DNA of 59,312 nt, counting the filler, from Squatina squatina (lineage: Eukaryota): assembly GCA_031763465.1 (NCBI GenBank). It is 3 parts of 3 records of this genome, joined end to end, with 100 filler letters (N's around TTAATTAATTAA, not from the genome) between each part and the next. Parts side by side here need not be neighbours in the genome. Positions count along the whole stretch, not along the records: positions 16,128 to 44,475 come from JARFOE010000115.1; 2 more parts are not named here. One strand, 5' to 3'. The notes beneath the pieces are model-generated. The model did not search any database and was not told the DNA's origin. It was given only the letters and a program-made list of their open reading frames with translations. Numbering within the stretch: position 1 is the first letter of the stretch; every line of letters starts with the position of its first letter. Made by a program: the position numbers and the translations under genes. This document shows, in pieces, positions 23,761-36,999 of the stretch.

Positions 23761-25159
23761 CCACTGATAATGGTACTGATGTCCAGTTTGACTTGTCTTT
23801 GACTTTGTCCCATGCTCATTAAATGCTAACCATGACATGGTAGGGAGTTGAGTTTTGTGCAGCTATCCCAGACATGCGTGCACTTGATTTTGGCAAATTT
23901 GATCCTGGTCGTTGTCGAAAGACTTAAACATCTCTTATATTTAACCTTATATCTATGTCCCCTTGTTCTAGACCCTTCAGTGACTCTGGTTCACCAAGTC
24001 ATGGGTGACTATGTATGAACTTCTAAATTCTGAAGCCAGGCTTCCTAAATTATGAGCAACAAAGGTTGACCGGCTGAAAACAAAAACTATAAATACAACT
24101 GCAGGATCATGTGATAACTTGTATATAGAAATGACAACACGGAAACAGATCATTCGGCCGAATCAATCCGTTTTGTTGTTTTTCCCCAACATGAGCAGTG
24201 GCCCTAACCCCGTGGGCCCACCCTGTCCTCATATCCTTTATTCCTCTTTCATTCTACCACCTGTCTAACTTATTCTTAAATGTTGACATGGTCTCTGCCT
24301 CAATCACTAACTCTAGTAGCGCATTCCACAGCCTCACAAATCTCTGTGCAAAAAGGATTCTCCTGCTCTCTGCCCTCAATGTCTTACATTTAGGGCTAGA
24401 AATTCATCTCCTGTTGCATCCCATTAGTGCCTCCGAGGGTTGTTAATGGACCGTAACAGGAAAAAATGGTGCCAGAAGGCAGCCATCTTGCCTCCTGGGG
24501 AATTCAGCTGGGGTGCAAAGGCACATGGTGTCATAAAGATGTATGGCAATCCACACTATGCAGCTGCAGCCCCCTTGCCCCCTTTGTGGCCCATTTACGT
24601 CCCGCGGGCGAAATTCACCTGTAGGATGTGGCCGCAGCAGCTCGCTTAAAGGGGAGGGCCTGTGTGCCTGCGGCTGCCATCTTTATTTGTTGGCTGACTT
24701 TGTTGTCATTGAATTGATGGCAGCCCATGGCTGGATCGGGCCACNNNNNNNNNNNNNNNNNNNNNNNNNNNNNNNNNNNNNNNNNNNNNNNNNNNNNNNN
24801 NNNNNNNNNNNNNNNNNNNNNNNNNNNNNNNNNNNNNNNNNNNNAAGATGGTTTGCCGAGAATGAAGGGAACTAAGGGAAATAAAGAATATTGCTGAAGT
24901 ATTAAATCTACAGGTAGATCAGAGGATACCGATAAATATAAGAAGAAGATTAAGGAGGTTAAGAACTGGTGAAGAGAACGAAAATAGAAAATCAGATTAA
25001 GATTACGGGGAATGTGAAAGGCTTATAAAAACACAAGACCCAAACAGAATGTAGTGAGAACCTTATAGATCCCAAGGGTGACTGCAATAACAAGGACTAA
25101 AGGATGGCAGACAGTCTAAAGAAATTCTTTGTGTCAATGTTCATGAAGGAAGCCATTTA

Positions 25160-25512
25160 TAAACAGAGGCACAGAGTACAAAAGCAAGGAAGTTTTGCTG
25201 AACCTTTATAAAACACTAGCTCAGCCCCAGCTAGAGTATTGGGTTCAATTCTGGGCACCGCACTTTAGGAAGGATGTCAAGGCCTTGGAGAGGGTGCAGA
25301 GGAGATTTATTAGAATGGTTCCAGGGATGAGGGACTTCAGTAATGTGGAGAGACTGGAGAAGCTAGGGTTGTTCTCCTTAAAGCAGAGAGGGTTAAGGGG
25401 AGATTTGATAGAGGGGTTCAAAATCTTGAAGGAAAAAATGGAGAAACTGTTTCCAGTGGTAAATGGATTGGTAACCAGAGGACACAGATCTAAGGTAATT
25501 GGGAAAAGGTGA
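25160..25512 (+). mobile_element. CR1 LINE ORF2 C-terminal fragment
   Basis: LYKTLAQPQLEYWVQFWAPHFRKDVKALERVQRR...RLEKLGLFSL...RGDLIE...TRGH. Confidence 0.9.
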
Positions 25513-28500
25513 GAATTTTTTAACCTGTTTAATATTCTCGTTAGGTTCATCGATGTCCTCTGGCCTACCTTTCCACTGCAGAGGTTTGTTTTCTAGACAG
25601 AGATTAGAAGGCATTAAGGGCACCCAATTGGTCTGCCCTGTGTTTTAAACGCAAGAGGACAAAAAAGAGTAATTTTTGCACCCATTTTGCGTTATCCTAC
25701 TATTTCGCGGTATTCAGCACTTTGAGAAAAATTTTCAGGCAGCTTAAAAACTGGTCCAGAAATGTGTGTAAATNNNNNNNNNNNNNNNNNNNNNNNNNNN
25801 NNNNNNNNNNNNNNNNNNNNNNNNNNNNNNNNNNNNNNNNNNNNNNNNNNNNNNNNNNNNNNNNNNNNNNNNNGGATCCAGGACCCTTAGTAAGTACGTA
25901 GAGAAAATTGCAATCAGAGGCACCCACACGCAGGAAGCCTCCGATCGCAATTTCAACTTAGTATGAGGCGCAGCCAGCAGTATAACTTGGATCTGCCAAC
26001 AGTACGTCACACTATACAGGCACTGGTCTGGATCCGGTAACTGCAGTATAGCTGCAGCCTACTATGCGATAACCAGCCTTGACTCCATCATTCCCATTGT
26101 TTCATTACAAAGAAAAAGGTTTGGCATGAAACTAATCCACCTCGCAAGAAAACCTAAAACCGCTCGTTAAAAAAAATATTGCTTCAGTTCTTAATTAAAT
26201 TTCAGCGCAGGAAAGAAATTCAAGATGCAATTTCTTTTGGAAAGAATTGTATGGGTATTTTTTATGCAGCTCTATAACTCAGCAACTGAGAGTCAGGAAA
26301 TTGCAATTTTCCTTTCCCTAAACTTGCAATCAAGTTGCTTCTCATTAGGCTTTTTGCAACAATGCTTCTTTCTGCCAGTAGGCAGCTAACATACATGTTG
26401 GTTTATTCATTTAGATAAGGTCACGGAGCTTTTTGACTTTCATAATTCTGCTGGATGGCTGATATGTCATGGTTTTCTGTCAGCACCTGTTACAATTAAT
26501 ATCTGACAGGCAGTTTACAATAATCAAAGAGCAAACTTGCATTTATATTGTACCTTTCACAACCTTAGGATGTCCCAAAGTGCTTTACAGCTGCCATGAC
26601 AGATAGGGTCAGGATCTGCAAACTACTATCTCAAGTAGCTCCCTACTCACCACTGTCTCTGGCGAATTTGACTGCGGTTCACTAGCCAGAGAGAGGGGAC
26701 TAGCGCTTTAACCGTGAGAACACACAGAGAGTGGTGAATCTGTGGAATTCTCTGCCACAGGAAGTAGTTGAGGCCAGTTCATTGGCTATATTTAAGANNN
26801 NNNNNNNNNNNNNNNNNNNNNNNNNNNNNNNNNNNNNNNNNNNNNNNNNNNNNNNNNNNNNNNNNNNNNNNNNNNNNNNNNNNNNNNNNNNNNNNNNGGG
26901 GCTATCCAATTTAAGCCCCAGTACTCTTAATTTACCCTAAATGTTTGTGGCCCTACTGAGTGAATGACATGAATTTGAATGTCTGGTGCACACTGTTATG
27001 GTCAGATATTATTTACTTACCAATAATTTGGGCCTTTTAAGTAACAAATACTGTAATTATACAAAAGGCTGGTGATCAATAATGAATCAAATTAAAGTTT
27101 GCTTTTTCAGCATTTATTAAGTAGCTCCAGTCCCTTGTTTACATGCGGAACATTGCAGTCTCTTATTTGTTAGGCAATATGTACAAGGATAATTTTGTAC
27201 TGACAGTTTTAAAGTGATTTCACATTTTCTGTATGTTGCATATAACCCAGTTATTTAAGCTAACAGCCTTACCATTGTTACAAACAATAATTGTATTACA
27301 ATACTCATGGGCAATGTAAGTTTCCTCCACAAAGAATATACCAGTATTGTTTATGTTATAATCCTTCAGGAACAAAAGTGCACACGACATCTTTTCCTCC
27401 AATTTGACTATTTCATCTGTTTTTGTATATTTTATCCCAAAGGTTCGCATGGTTCTAGATGTAAAAAAAGATAGAGCTTTCTTGGGTGGAATTGGAGAAA
27501 ATTTGAAAAATGAAAGTCTGTCACTTGTTAAAAAAAATTGAATTTATCTAGAGTTTCGTTCACAATTTGAAAACTTTCATGAAATATCTGCATTGGTCTA
27601 TTTTTAATATTAATTATCAATACTCGACCAACAGGATTAAAAACGAGGGTTAGCAAAACGTTCATGTATCAACAAGCATTGTTTTATTTGTACTGCCAGT
27701 GGTGAATTGCAATAACACAATCAAACTAAATATGTAAGATAGCACAAACACCATGTTGATAACGTAAAGATGTCTCTGGCTGAACCTGTGTTCGGTTTCC
27801 CGTGATTGCAAACTACGGGTAACCAGGTAGCATCAATGCGTAAAGGTTATAGGCTTTTTATTAAAGCTTGCTTTGTATCGAGGTTTTTGGCATTCAATAA
27901 TGTGCGTTTTTAAATGCAGAATACTTTCAAAATATGTTGCTCAATTGGCATGTGGGATCAAAGCAATATAAATCTATATATATATATATAATTCAAATTG
28001 TATTTCAAAGCTGCAGCATCCCTCGTGTTAGCTTTCTTGTGCTTTATTTTAAAACAACCGAAACTTCGTTTTAGGACAGGCTAAGCTTTGAAGAGGCGGA
28101 ATCTCAAAGTCGGCCAAAGCTATTTCAAATGCATCAGTAGTTCTGCGGGGCAATGGCGGAGAATCTACCGATGATCATACCCAGAAATGTGCTTTGACGT
28201 TAATCTAATTTGCCGCATGCTTCAAATAATGGAATTTCCTCGGCACTTAAGTGAATCAGTGTCTCACCAGCAAGTATCTATGGATAATAAATATATCCAG
28301 AACGATTCTATCGCTGAATGTTAGACAGAAAGGCCAGAGCAAGCCCACAGCATAAAGATCGCTCTTCAACGTCTAGCTGNNNNNNNNNNNNNNNNNNNNN
28401 NNNNNNNNNNNNNNNNNNNNNNNNNNNNNNNNNNNNNNNNNNNNNNNNNNNNNNNNNNNNNNNNNNNNNNNNNNNNNNNTGTGTCCCCACTGATATGTGG

Positions 28501-28789
28501 CTTGGCTGGTCTTATAGCAGTTATCAGATCCTGAAAGTTCTGTGAAACAAGAACCTGCATTACGGCCTCCAGGGTCAGAAAACTGAAATGCAAGATCTGT
28601 CTAAATCATCCCCTACTGCCACCAGGGCTGCAATCTATGTTTCCATGGAGGAGGATGCACTGATTGGTTCTTGGACACTTCTGAGCTTGTGGTGAGGGTG
28701 GGTGGGGGTGAGTGCTTCTGCACATTCCAGTGAAGCTGCCACACACTCTATTGATGGCTGCAATGAAGGAGAAGCTTACATGATACTGG

Positions 28790-29320
28790 CAAAAATGATG
28801 GCTTCTGTACTCTATGCGGTGGGATCTGGTTGGGTAAATACGACTTAAAGACAGGCAGGCAGAAATGTAATGGAGCAATGGCAGCCTTTAAAGAGGAGAT
28901 AGTTCAGATACAGTCTAGGAACATTCATAGAATGGGGAAATGGAGGGTAACCAAAGACAGAACTCCCTGGATGATAAGAGTAGGATGAAGCAGAAAAAAG
29001 GGGTGTATGATAGATGTCAGCTTGATAATACAAGGGAAAATCAGGCTGAGTATAAAAGGTACAGAGGAGAAGTGAAAAAGGAAATAATAGTGGCAAAGAG
29101 ACAGTATAAGAATAGATTGGTGGCTAACATAAAAGAGAATGCAAAGGTCCTCCATAGGCATATCTCCAGTAAAAGGGTTGTCAGAGGAGCTGTGGGGCCA
29201 ATTAGGGACCAAGATAGAGATTTATTGGTGGAGGCAGAAGGTATGGCTGAGGTACTGAGTGAGTACTTTGCATCGGTGTTTACCAAGGAAGAGGACTTTG
29301 CCAAAGCTACGGTAAACAAG
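28790..29320 (+). mobile_element. CR1 LINE ORF2 tether-region fragment
   Basis: NIKENAK...SKRVVRGAVGPIRD...MAEVLSEYFASVFTKE. Confidence 0.85.
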
Positions 29321-29475
29321 GATTCTATAATTCTCTTAGGTGGTGAGCTGTGTAATTTTGGGGCCTGCCTCATGCATCAAGATGAAGAGAATTAGGTGAG
29401 GGCTGTCTCTTATTGGCATTATACCACTGATGTGAAAGGTGTGGTATCACCCTGTTAAAGTGCAGGAAAGGTATT

Positions 29476-29975
29476 CATAGAATCATAGAATAATGCAGCA
29501 AAGGAAGAGATAATTCGGCCCATCATACCTGTGCCGGCTCTTTGGTGGAGCTATCTAATTAATCCCACGCCCCTGCTCTTTCCCCGTAGCCCAGTAATTT
29601 TTTTTCATTCAAGTATTAATCCAAATCCCTTTAGAAAGTTACTGTTGAATCTGCTGCTACCACCCTTTCAGGCCGTGCATTCCCAAACATAACTACTTGC
29701 TGTGTGAAAAATATGTTTCCTCACGTCACCTCTGGTTCTTTTGCCCCACCATAAATCTGTGTCCTCTGGTTACTGACCCTTCTGCCACTGGAAACGGTTG
29801 CTCCTTATTTACTCTATCAAAACCATTCTCCTTTAACAAATTTCCTTTTAACAATCTCTGCTCTAAGGGGGACATCCCCAGCTTCTCCAGTCTCTCCACA
29901 TAACTNNNNNNNNNNCACCCTGCCTCAAGTGGGGTGCCCAGAATTGAACACAATACTCCAGCTGAAGCCGACACA
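29476..29975 (-). mobile_element. CR1 LINE 3' end
   Basis: SYVERLEKLG...EQR...SVTRGHRF, with the catagaatcatagaa tail. Confidence 0.85.
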
Positions 29976-30439
29976 GTATATACTAAAGGTTGATTTTAAT
30001 TTCCTGGCTTTTCCACTTTATGAGGAAACTGGTCTCTGTAGCAGTCATTTTTTTAGGCACTACAGGGCCTTCTAATGCTGAAAAATGGGGTTTGAGATGT
30101 ACGTGCACACTTCCGATGATTATGAGGCTGACACTCCAGTGCAGNNNNNNNNNNNNNNNNNNNNNNNNNNNNNNNNNNNNNNNNNNNNNNNNNNNNNNNN
30201 NNNNNNNNNNNNNNNNNNNNNNNNNNNNNNNNNNNNNNNNNNNNCCACTCCTCAGCCCAGCTCTGCATCCTATCTATGTCCCTCTGCAGCCGACAACAGC
30301 CCTCCTCACTATCCACAACTCGACAGGCCCAGTCTACTCAATCTCTCCTCATAGGACAATCCTGCCATCCCAGGAATTAGTCTGGTGAACCTTCGTTGCA
30401 CTTCAGAAAGAATTCATTGTTTGAAGTACTCTATGAAAT

Positions 30440-30885
30440 GTTTCAACATGATAAGGAGCTATATCAAAGCAATTATTATCCAACATTACAAGGAAGTGAT
30501 ACAACAACATATTTTAGCCTTTTGATGAGCGGTCACTATTGTTCTACGGGTAAACACAGCAGCCAATTTGTGTATAGCAAGATCTGACAAGCAGCAAATG
30601 AGATGAACGACCAAGTAATTTGTTTTTTGTTGCTGATGTCTTAGGGGCAAATGATGTTCAGGACACTGGGAGAACTCCCTGATCTCCCTCAAATACTACC
30701 ATGGGATCTTTAATGTCCACTTAAACAGGCAGAATGGGCCCGAATTTTACATCTCAACCGAAAGATGGCATTTTTGACAATGCAGCACTCCCTCAGCACG
30801 GCACTGAAAAGTCAGCCTAGGTTACCTGTCCAAGTTCTGGAGTTGGTCTGGAATCAAGAATGATACTACTGAGCCAAGCAGACAC
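30440..30885 (-). mobile_element. DeuSINE-like SINE, diverged copy
   Basis: Reverse-complement similarity to the 23297 copy (cagccaatttg, ggagaactcccct, ccatgggatcttt, gcagcactccctcag, gtcagcctag). Confidence 0.75.
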
Positions 30886-33544
30886 ATGTTGCTATTTACT
30901 AATAAAATACATCTTTTGCGGTGGTGGCACTATTTCCGCCGAAAACTAACCCCTGTTAAAATCAGGGCCATGGTATTTATTTTGATGTAGCAGCAGAGCC
31001 TATAGATGTAGAGTGGTGGGATTGGCTTTCTGTCCACAGCAACAAATAGTGACATATTGATGAATAACAGCAATAAGGATTCACTGAGAGAAGCTAAAAA
31101 AGAATAAAAGGTAGCAACGTTTTAAACTAGTTCTCTTTAGGTTTAAAAGGAAAATGGCTGTAAACCTGGAATAAAAACAGAAAGTGATGGAAATACATTT
31201 GTAAATTCATTAGCACCTAAAAGGTGAAGACAGTTTAATGCTTTTGGGTAGGCTTCATCAGATGCCTTTTTAAATTCATTAGGCTTGTTTATTAGACTGT
31301 TGTTGTTGTCTTTGACATGGTATTCAGTTGACAGGTCAAGATGGACAATAAAGGTTAACATTTTGATATCGCTTGTGCATTGAAAGAGAAACTTTGATTA
31401 CAAGTCATATGTTTTTGAATTGCATTAAAATGAAATGCATCAGAAGTAATCATTTTTATGATCATGTAAAAGCACAATTGAACGAGGATTGTAGCACATC
31501 AATCATAAAGTGAAAGTTTCAGCGGTGTGTCAGTGACTAAGCATTCAGTTAACATNNNNNNNNNNNNNNNNNNNNNNNNNNNNNNNNNNNNNNNNNNNNN
31601 NNNNNNNNNNNNNNNNNNNNNNNNNNNNNNNNNNNNNNNNNNNNNNNNNNNNNNNGCTCATTTTGAGTTATACGTGTTTCAAAACAAAAGGGAATGTGAA
31701 TGACGGAAGATTAGAAGTGATCTTTTTAGCGCAGTATTTGTTGACTCAAGCTGTGGTGGGGGCCTGGGCTGCGGTCAGTTCCAGCTCTCTGTGCTGCGGG
31801 TGTAGGTACTGTTCTTGCAATGCTGTGGCTGGGTTCTGTGTTTAGTCACAGCATTGTAAGTACAATCGGAAACCCGTACCCAGAGTGTAGTGAGCATAAA
31901 ACGAGTCACAGGTACAGCACAAGCACATTTAACAAGTTCTGCTAAAGAGATCATTTGTTATTTTCCTCCCTGCAAGTTTATTTTAATTTTAAAGCAAGCA
32001 AAAAACAGAGAAGGGAAGGTAACATTTCTGTATGAAGTACTCCCCCATCTGCAAGTACAGAACCACATTTTGTACTGATCTCCCATTCTACTTGCACAAC
32101 CCTGGTTTCCTGCTCTAGTCTTTGAAACGCATTAAATCAAATTTCCTATGCTAAGGGAGCCAGGTGACTGATGGGCTGGCTCCCCAGAGTGCACGTAATT
32201 TTAATGTCCTGCTGTTTATAGATACCTGCTTCTGCCATTGAAAGCTGGATAATAAAAAAAAAATCACTGTCAACTTGGCTGGAAAATCAGCTTATGTGTA
32301 AGTCACCTTATATGTGAGTATTAACGGTAACTATGACAATATCGATGGAATGACTGAGTAACCCCATTTCAATGTGGCATCACAGCTGTTGCCACAGCTG
32401 TGCTTTTCACTTGCCTTTCTACAAATGCACAGTTGAGCACAGGTTTTCAAACTTGGGACCCCAGATCCAATGGAGTTACAAGCTCGTCAGATTTCTTCAT
32501 TTTTCTGTGATTGTTGAATTATTAGTAAATTATTTATGTTGCTGCATACCTATAAAAACATTTTCTGTAGTGTCAGCACTGTTTTCTTTTGTGTAATTAA
32601 AGATTTATTTGGGAGGTTAGGACAGAGTGGGGTCAATATTGGCAGAGTGTCCTAGCAATATTTGCAGAGGTCTGCCACAGAAATAAGTTTGGAAACCACG
32701 GTGATGAAGGAGTTCTTCACTCACTGATTTTTAAAAATTCATTCTTGGGATGAGGGCATCGCTGGCAATATCCTTAGATTCTTTGAGAAGGCGGTGATCG
32801 GCCTTCTTTAACCACTGCAGTCTGTGTGATGTAGGCGCTCCCATAATTAGGTTTTACTATCACACAAATCAGTGCCCTGCTAATCAGGTGCTCGGGAACA
32901 TTTACCCAATCTCCAAAGGCACGTTCCCCAAATAAAATGGTGTGCTCTATCAACGCACCATTGCGCAATCAGCCCTAATTTTTCAACAATGTAGCTTGCA
33001 ATAGCAACTTGTATTTATCTAGTGCCCTTCACATTGTAAAGTTGTCCCAGATCATACGGCTCCTGGCACACAAGGTAAGTGCTCTGGGTGGAGAAAACCG
33101 GTTGGAGCAGCGGTGGTAGCCTAGGATGAGGAGGCCCAAGGGGACGCACTCCTGCTCCTCCTGGCCCAACAAGGAAACTAGAATACTTTTTAACTTACCA
33201 TGCTGGGCCTCTTCTGGCCCTGGCGCCTGTTCGCGGCAGGATTTGTCTGAGAGGGAAGCCACCACTGCTCCCCTGCTTAAGCCTCAGGTTAAAATAGCCA
33301 ATTACATCTTTGAAGCCTGATCTGCATATTTAAAGAGGGGTTTCACTGGCTTGGGGCAGGGTTCACAGATCAGAGTGAGTAAGCCCCCAGCTCCATTTTA
33401 ACCTCCGCTCTGAGCCTGGTTTCCGCCAGGTGGGGGGAGTTAAAATTGGGGCCATTGTGTCCGGCACCAGTTGATAAGATTAGGTACATATCATCTTGTT
33501 GGTATTTCTATTAACTAGTGTTCTGTATTTCTTCCCATAATCAG

Positions 33545-33790
33545 ACAGAGCTTGATGTATCTTCCTATGAAAATGTCTACTACCTATTCTGGATGCTGGA
33601 ACAGCTTTTGCAGCACAAGAAGCCAGCAGAGAGTGGAGTCGCTGCTGTGAATAGTGTGGAGCTGGAGAAACTTCAGCAGAGATTGGATGAGACAGTCCTT
33701 CATCTGTCAGATGATTTCCCGTTGTTTACAGTGTACCTGTGGAGATTGGGAGCTTTATTTAATGCCGTTTCAGAGCAGAAGGACAGCTAA
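33545..33790 (+). CDS. MEI4: MEI4 terminal coding exon (meiotic double-strand-break factor)
   Basis: cataatcag|ACA GAG CTT GAT...AGC TAA encodes DVSSYENVYYLFWMLEQLLQ...LDETVLHLSDDFPLFTVYLWRLG, matching the recalled MEI4 C-terminal motifs (YLFWVLEQLL, SDAFPLFTFYLWR). Consistent with 6q14 gene order. Confidence 0.85.
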   Translation, partial: TELDVSSYENVYYLFWMLEQLLQHKKPAESGVAAVNSVELEKLQQRLDETVLHLSDDFPLFTVYLWRLGALFNAVSEQKDS

Positions 33791-34899
33791 AGCACAGTTC
33801 CATGTTTTCACAAAGAGCTTCATCTCTTTCAAACCATTAATGTGCTCGTAAGTTTCTCTGCATTCTCCATTTTCTATTATTTATGCCTTTGTGGCTTATA
33901 ACATTCTTTAAATAAGCACTGGTGTACAAAACAAAATCAGAAGGAGTGTCCATGTGTTCAAAAGAACAATAAAGAATTTTGCATAACCATTCCACAAACC
34001 AGCAGTGAACAGCACTTCTAAATCTGAAAAGTTGAGCTGTAAATGTTCTGATGAGTGATGTTACCTGCTGATATAATCCAATTCTATTTCCATCCCAATG
34101 AATTTAATAGAAAAGGAAGGGAGTTCATATCAGTAACAGGAAATGAACTTTTTTCAGTCCTACAAGTGAATTTGGCACAACTATGGATAGGAAGCAATAC
34201 CTATATTTTGTCCCATTACGTAATGAACATTTGCTTAAAAACATAGGACCACAAGGAAAATAATTATTTCAGAGTGCCCATGGTAACTTTAAAGGGGTAG
34301 TGTCTAAATAAACATGTCAGTGGCAAAATATTTCACATATGTTCAGACATATGACACAATAACTGAAATGCGACCACTTTTTTCAGCCAGCCTGATATGA
34401 ACAGAATCCCATCACCGTGTTTCAGATTGCATTGGCACTGCAATTTGAGTAATGGTGGAAAGCAATTGCCACTTCACAGTAATGCTAAACTTGCACTGTA
34501 ACTCCAGAGTCAGGGGCCAATCTCATCCCACAGTGAAGCAGACTGAGACTACATGGAAGCTCTCGTCTCATACTGTTTCGGTGTGACACAGTGTAGGATT
34601 TAAATCCAGTGCAGTGTCAAACGTGTGGAGAGAACAAACTAATTAACGTCTCAGGTGGAGACTCTTTATCAGAGCCCAAACAGCACAGCAGGAAGTGTCC
34701 TGCTGACCACAGCATGGACACTCGCCGGATCTTCATCAGCAGCTGCTTGCAACTGCAGCCTTATCATAGTAAGCACCTTGGGTATATGAGCAGGTGTTCA
34801 CATCCCTGGCCTCAGGTAGCATCTCCCAGCAGCACTTGTCATGTGGTGTCATAATGATGGAAATAAACAAATAATTTTTCCTGTTGACACTTACACCTT

Positions 34900-35375
34900 T
34901 AGAACATACAATGCCCATCACCAAGAGAGGCTCAGTAGCACCACTGCTAACTGAGCTGGCCGAGTGTTGAAGCATATAGCTGCCAGACTGGGCCTGCAGC
35001 AGGTGGTGAGAGAATCAACACGAGGGAAAAACCTACTTGACCTCGTTCTCACCAATCTACCTGTCACAGATGCATCTGTCCATGACAGCATTTCTAGCAG
35101 TAACCACCGCACAATTCTTGTGGAGGCGAAATCTCATCTTCACATTGAGGACACCTTCCATCGTGTTGTGTGGCACGACCACCTTGCATCTCGGCTGTCA
35201 TGCTGAAGACTTGTGCTCCAGAACTAGCTGTGCCTCTAGCCAAGCTATTCCAGTACAGCTGCAACACTAACTCTATCGACAATGTGGAAAACAGCCCAGG
35301 TATGTCCTGTCCACAAAAAGCAGGACAAATCCAATCCGACCAATTACTGCCCCATCAGTCTACTCTCAATCATCA
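34900..35375 (+). mobile_element. CR1-clade LINE fragment with an internal deletion (endonuclease end joined to RT start)
   Basis: LQQVVRESTRGKNLLDLVLTN is followed closely by LKTCAPELAVPLAKLFQ and WKTAQVCPVHKKQDKSNPTNYCPISLLS. Confidence 0.85.
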
Positions 35376-35475
35376 NNNNNNNNNNNNNNNNNNNNNNNNN
35401 NNNNNNNNNNNNNNNNNNNNNNNNNNNNNNNNNNNNNNNNNNNNNNNNNNNNNNNNNNNNNNNNNNNNNNNNNNN

Positions 35476-35580
35476 ATCTGCTTGTGCATGGCCATGACCG
35501 CTTGCAGCATATTTACAAGAAGTTCATGGCCATTGATGCAAGGTACCCTGGCAGCACTCATGATGCTTTCATCATGCATC
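35476..35580 (+). mobile_element. PIF/Harbinger transposase fragment
   Basis: KFMAIDARYPGSTHDAFIM, the HARBI1-family PGSxHD motif. Interrupted by a GC-rich repeat. Confidence 0.75.
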
Positions 35581-36189
35581 GGTGGCAGCGGCAGCGAGCG
35601 GAGGAGGGGCAGCAGCGAGCGGGAGGCCAGTACATAAACAGCGCGAGGCCTGCAGAGAGGCCTCAGACTCAGCGGCAGCGAGCAGAGGAAGGGCAGCAGC
35701 TAACCCTTCTTATAGACCAGCGGCGACGTTCCACAGCCACGTCACGATTCAAAAAATGACGCGGGCAAGAGGAAGCAGCTGATTGAGTGAGTACGGCCAG
35801 GGGAGTATTTATACTACTCTACTGCTTNNNNNNNNNNGGCGGTGCAGGCTCAAAGGGCCGAATGGCCTACTCCTGCACGTATTTTCTATGTTTCCATGTT
35901 TCTATGTTTATTTTGTGGTTTATAGTTTGTAAGGTCGATATTGTGTAGTGGGGAGTGCTAGTAAACAAGGGCCCTTGAGTAATTAATATCATTTAATTGT
36001 AAGAAAAAACTAAAGGTTTAATTTAAACATTTCTACCATTTTTACTACTTCTGTAGTTCATTAGCTGAAGCAAAAGTAAAGGTAAGGATTTAGCTTGAAG
36101 TAGGTAGTGTTTGGAGTGGAATAAGGTCCCTAGCGTAATTAATATTATTCAATTCAAGGGAGTAACTAAGGAGCTTAATCTAAGGATAA

Positions 36190-36385
36190 CTCATGGCATG
36201 AGAGCCCAGCACCATGTTCCTCCTGTGCTATGTGGGAAATCAGGGACACTTCCAGTGTCCCTGACAAACATGTGTGCAGGAAGTGTATCCAGCTGCAGCT
36301 ACGAGCTAATCGCATTGCGGTGCTAGAGCTGCGGATGGATTCACTCTGGAGCATCCACGATGCTGAGGACATTGTGGATAGTCCA
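36190..36385 (+). mobile_element. CR1 ORF1 N-terminal remnant
   Basis: Frameshifted CSSCAMWEIRDTSSVPDKHVCRKCIQLQL...LELRMDSLWSI, a Cys-rich plus coiled-coil CR1 ORF1 type. Confidence 0.7.
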
Positions 36386-36999
36386 TAAGACCATAAGAAG
36401 TAGGAGCAGGAGNNNNNNNNNNNNNNNNNNNNNNNNNNNNNNNNNNNNNNNNNNNNNNNNNNNNNNNNNNNNNNNNNNNNNNNNNNNNNNNNNNNNNNNN
36501 NNNNNNNNNNNNTAGCTTACAGCCCTAGCTACAGTCGTTTCACCAGGATACTGGTCCAAGCACGGTTCAAGTGAAGCCTGTCTTCACTGAGACACTCGGC
36601 CGGAATATTTACCTGCTGACGCGCTGGGAGCACGGGGAGGGGGGTCCGGTAGCACATGGGAAACTGGGAAGTAGCTGCAGTGCATCTGTCAGAAGCCTTT
36701 TAGCCCAGCAACTGCATTTGCATCTGACTTCCGGGTTTCCTGACTAATTAGCGTGAGCGGACGTGATGACAACATTTCAACTGAAATATTTAAAGGGATC
36801 CAGTGAAGATGAAAGTTGAAGGATTAGCCAGATGGGAGAACAGAGGAAGCAACTTCATTAATGGAGTCCCTATGTGGCAAAGCTGCACCTCGCTTAAATT
36901 GTGTCTCCCTGGAGCTGATGCTGCATTCTGTAAGGGCCTGCAGGGAGATTTTCTTCCCCAGCTGACTCCAGCATATCACTTTTCATACATACTTACCTT

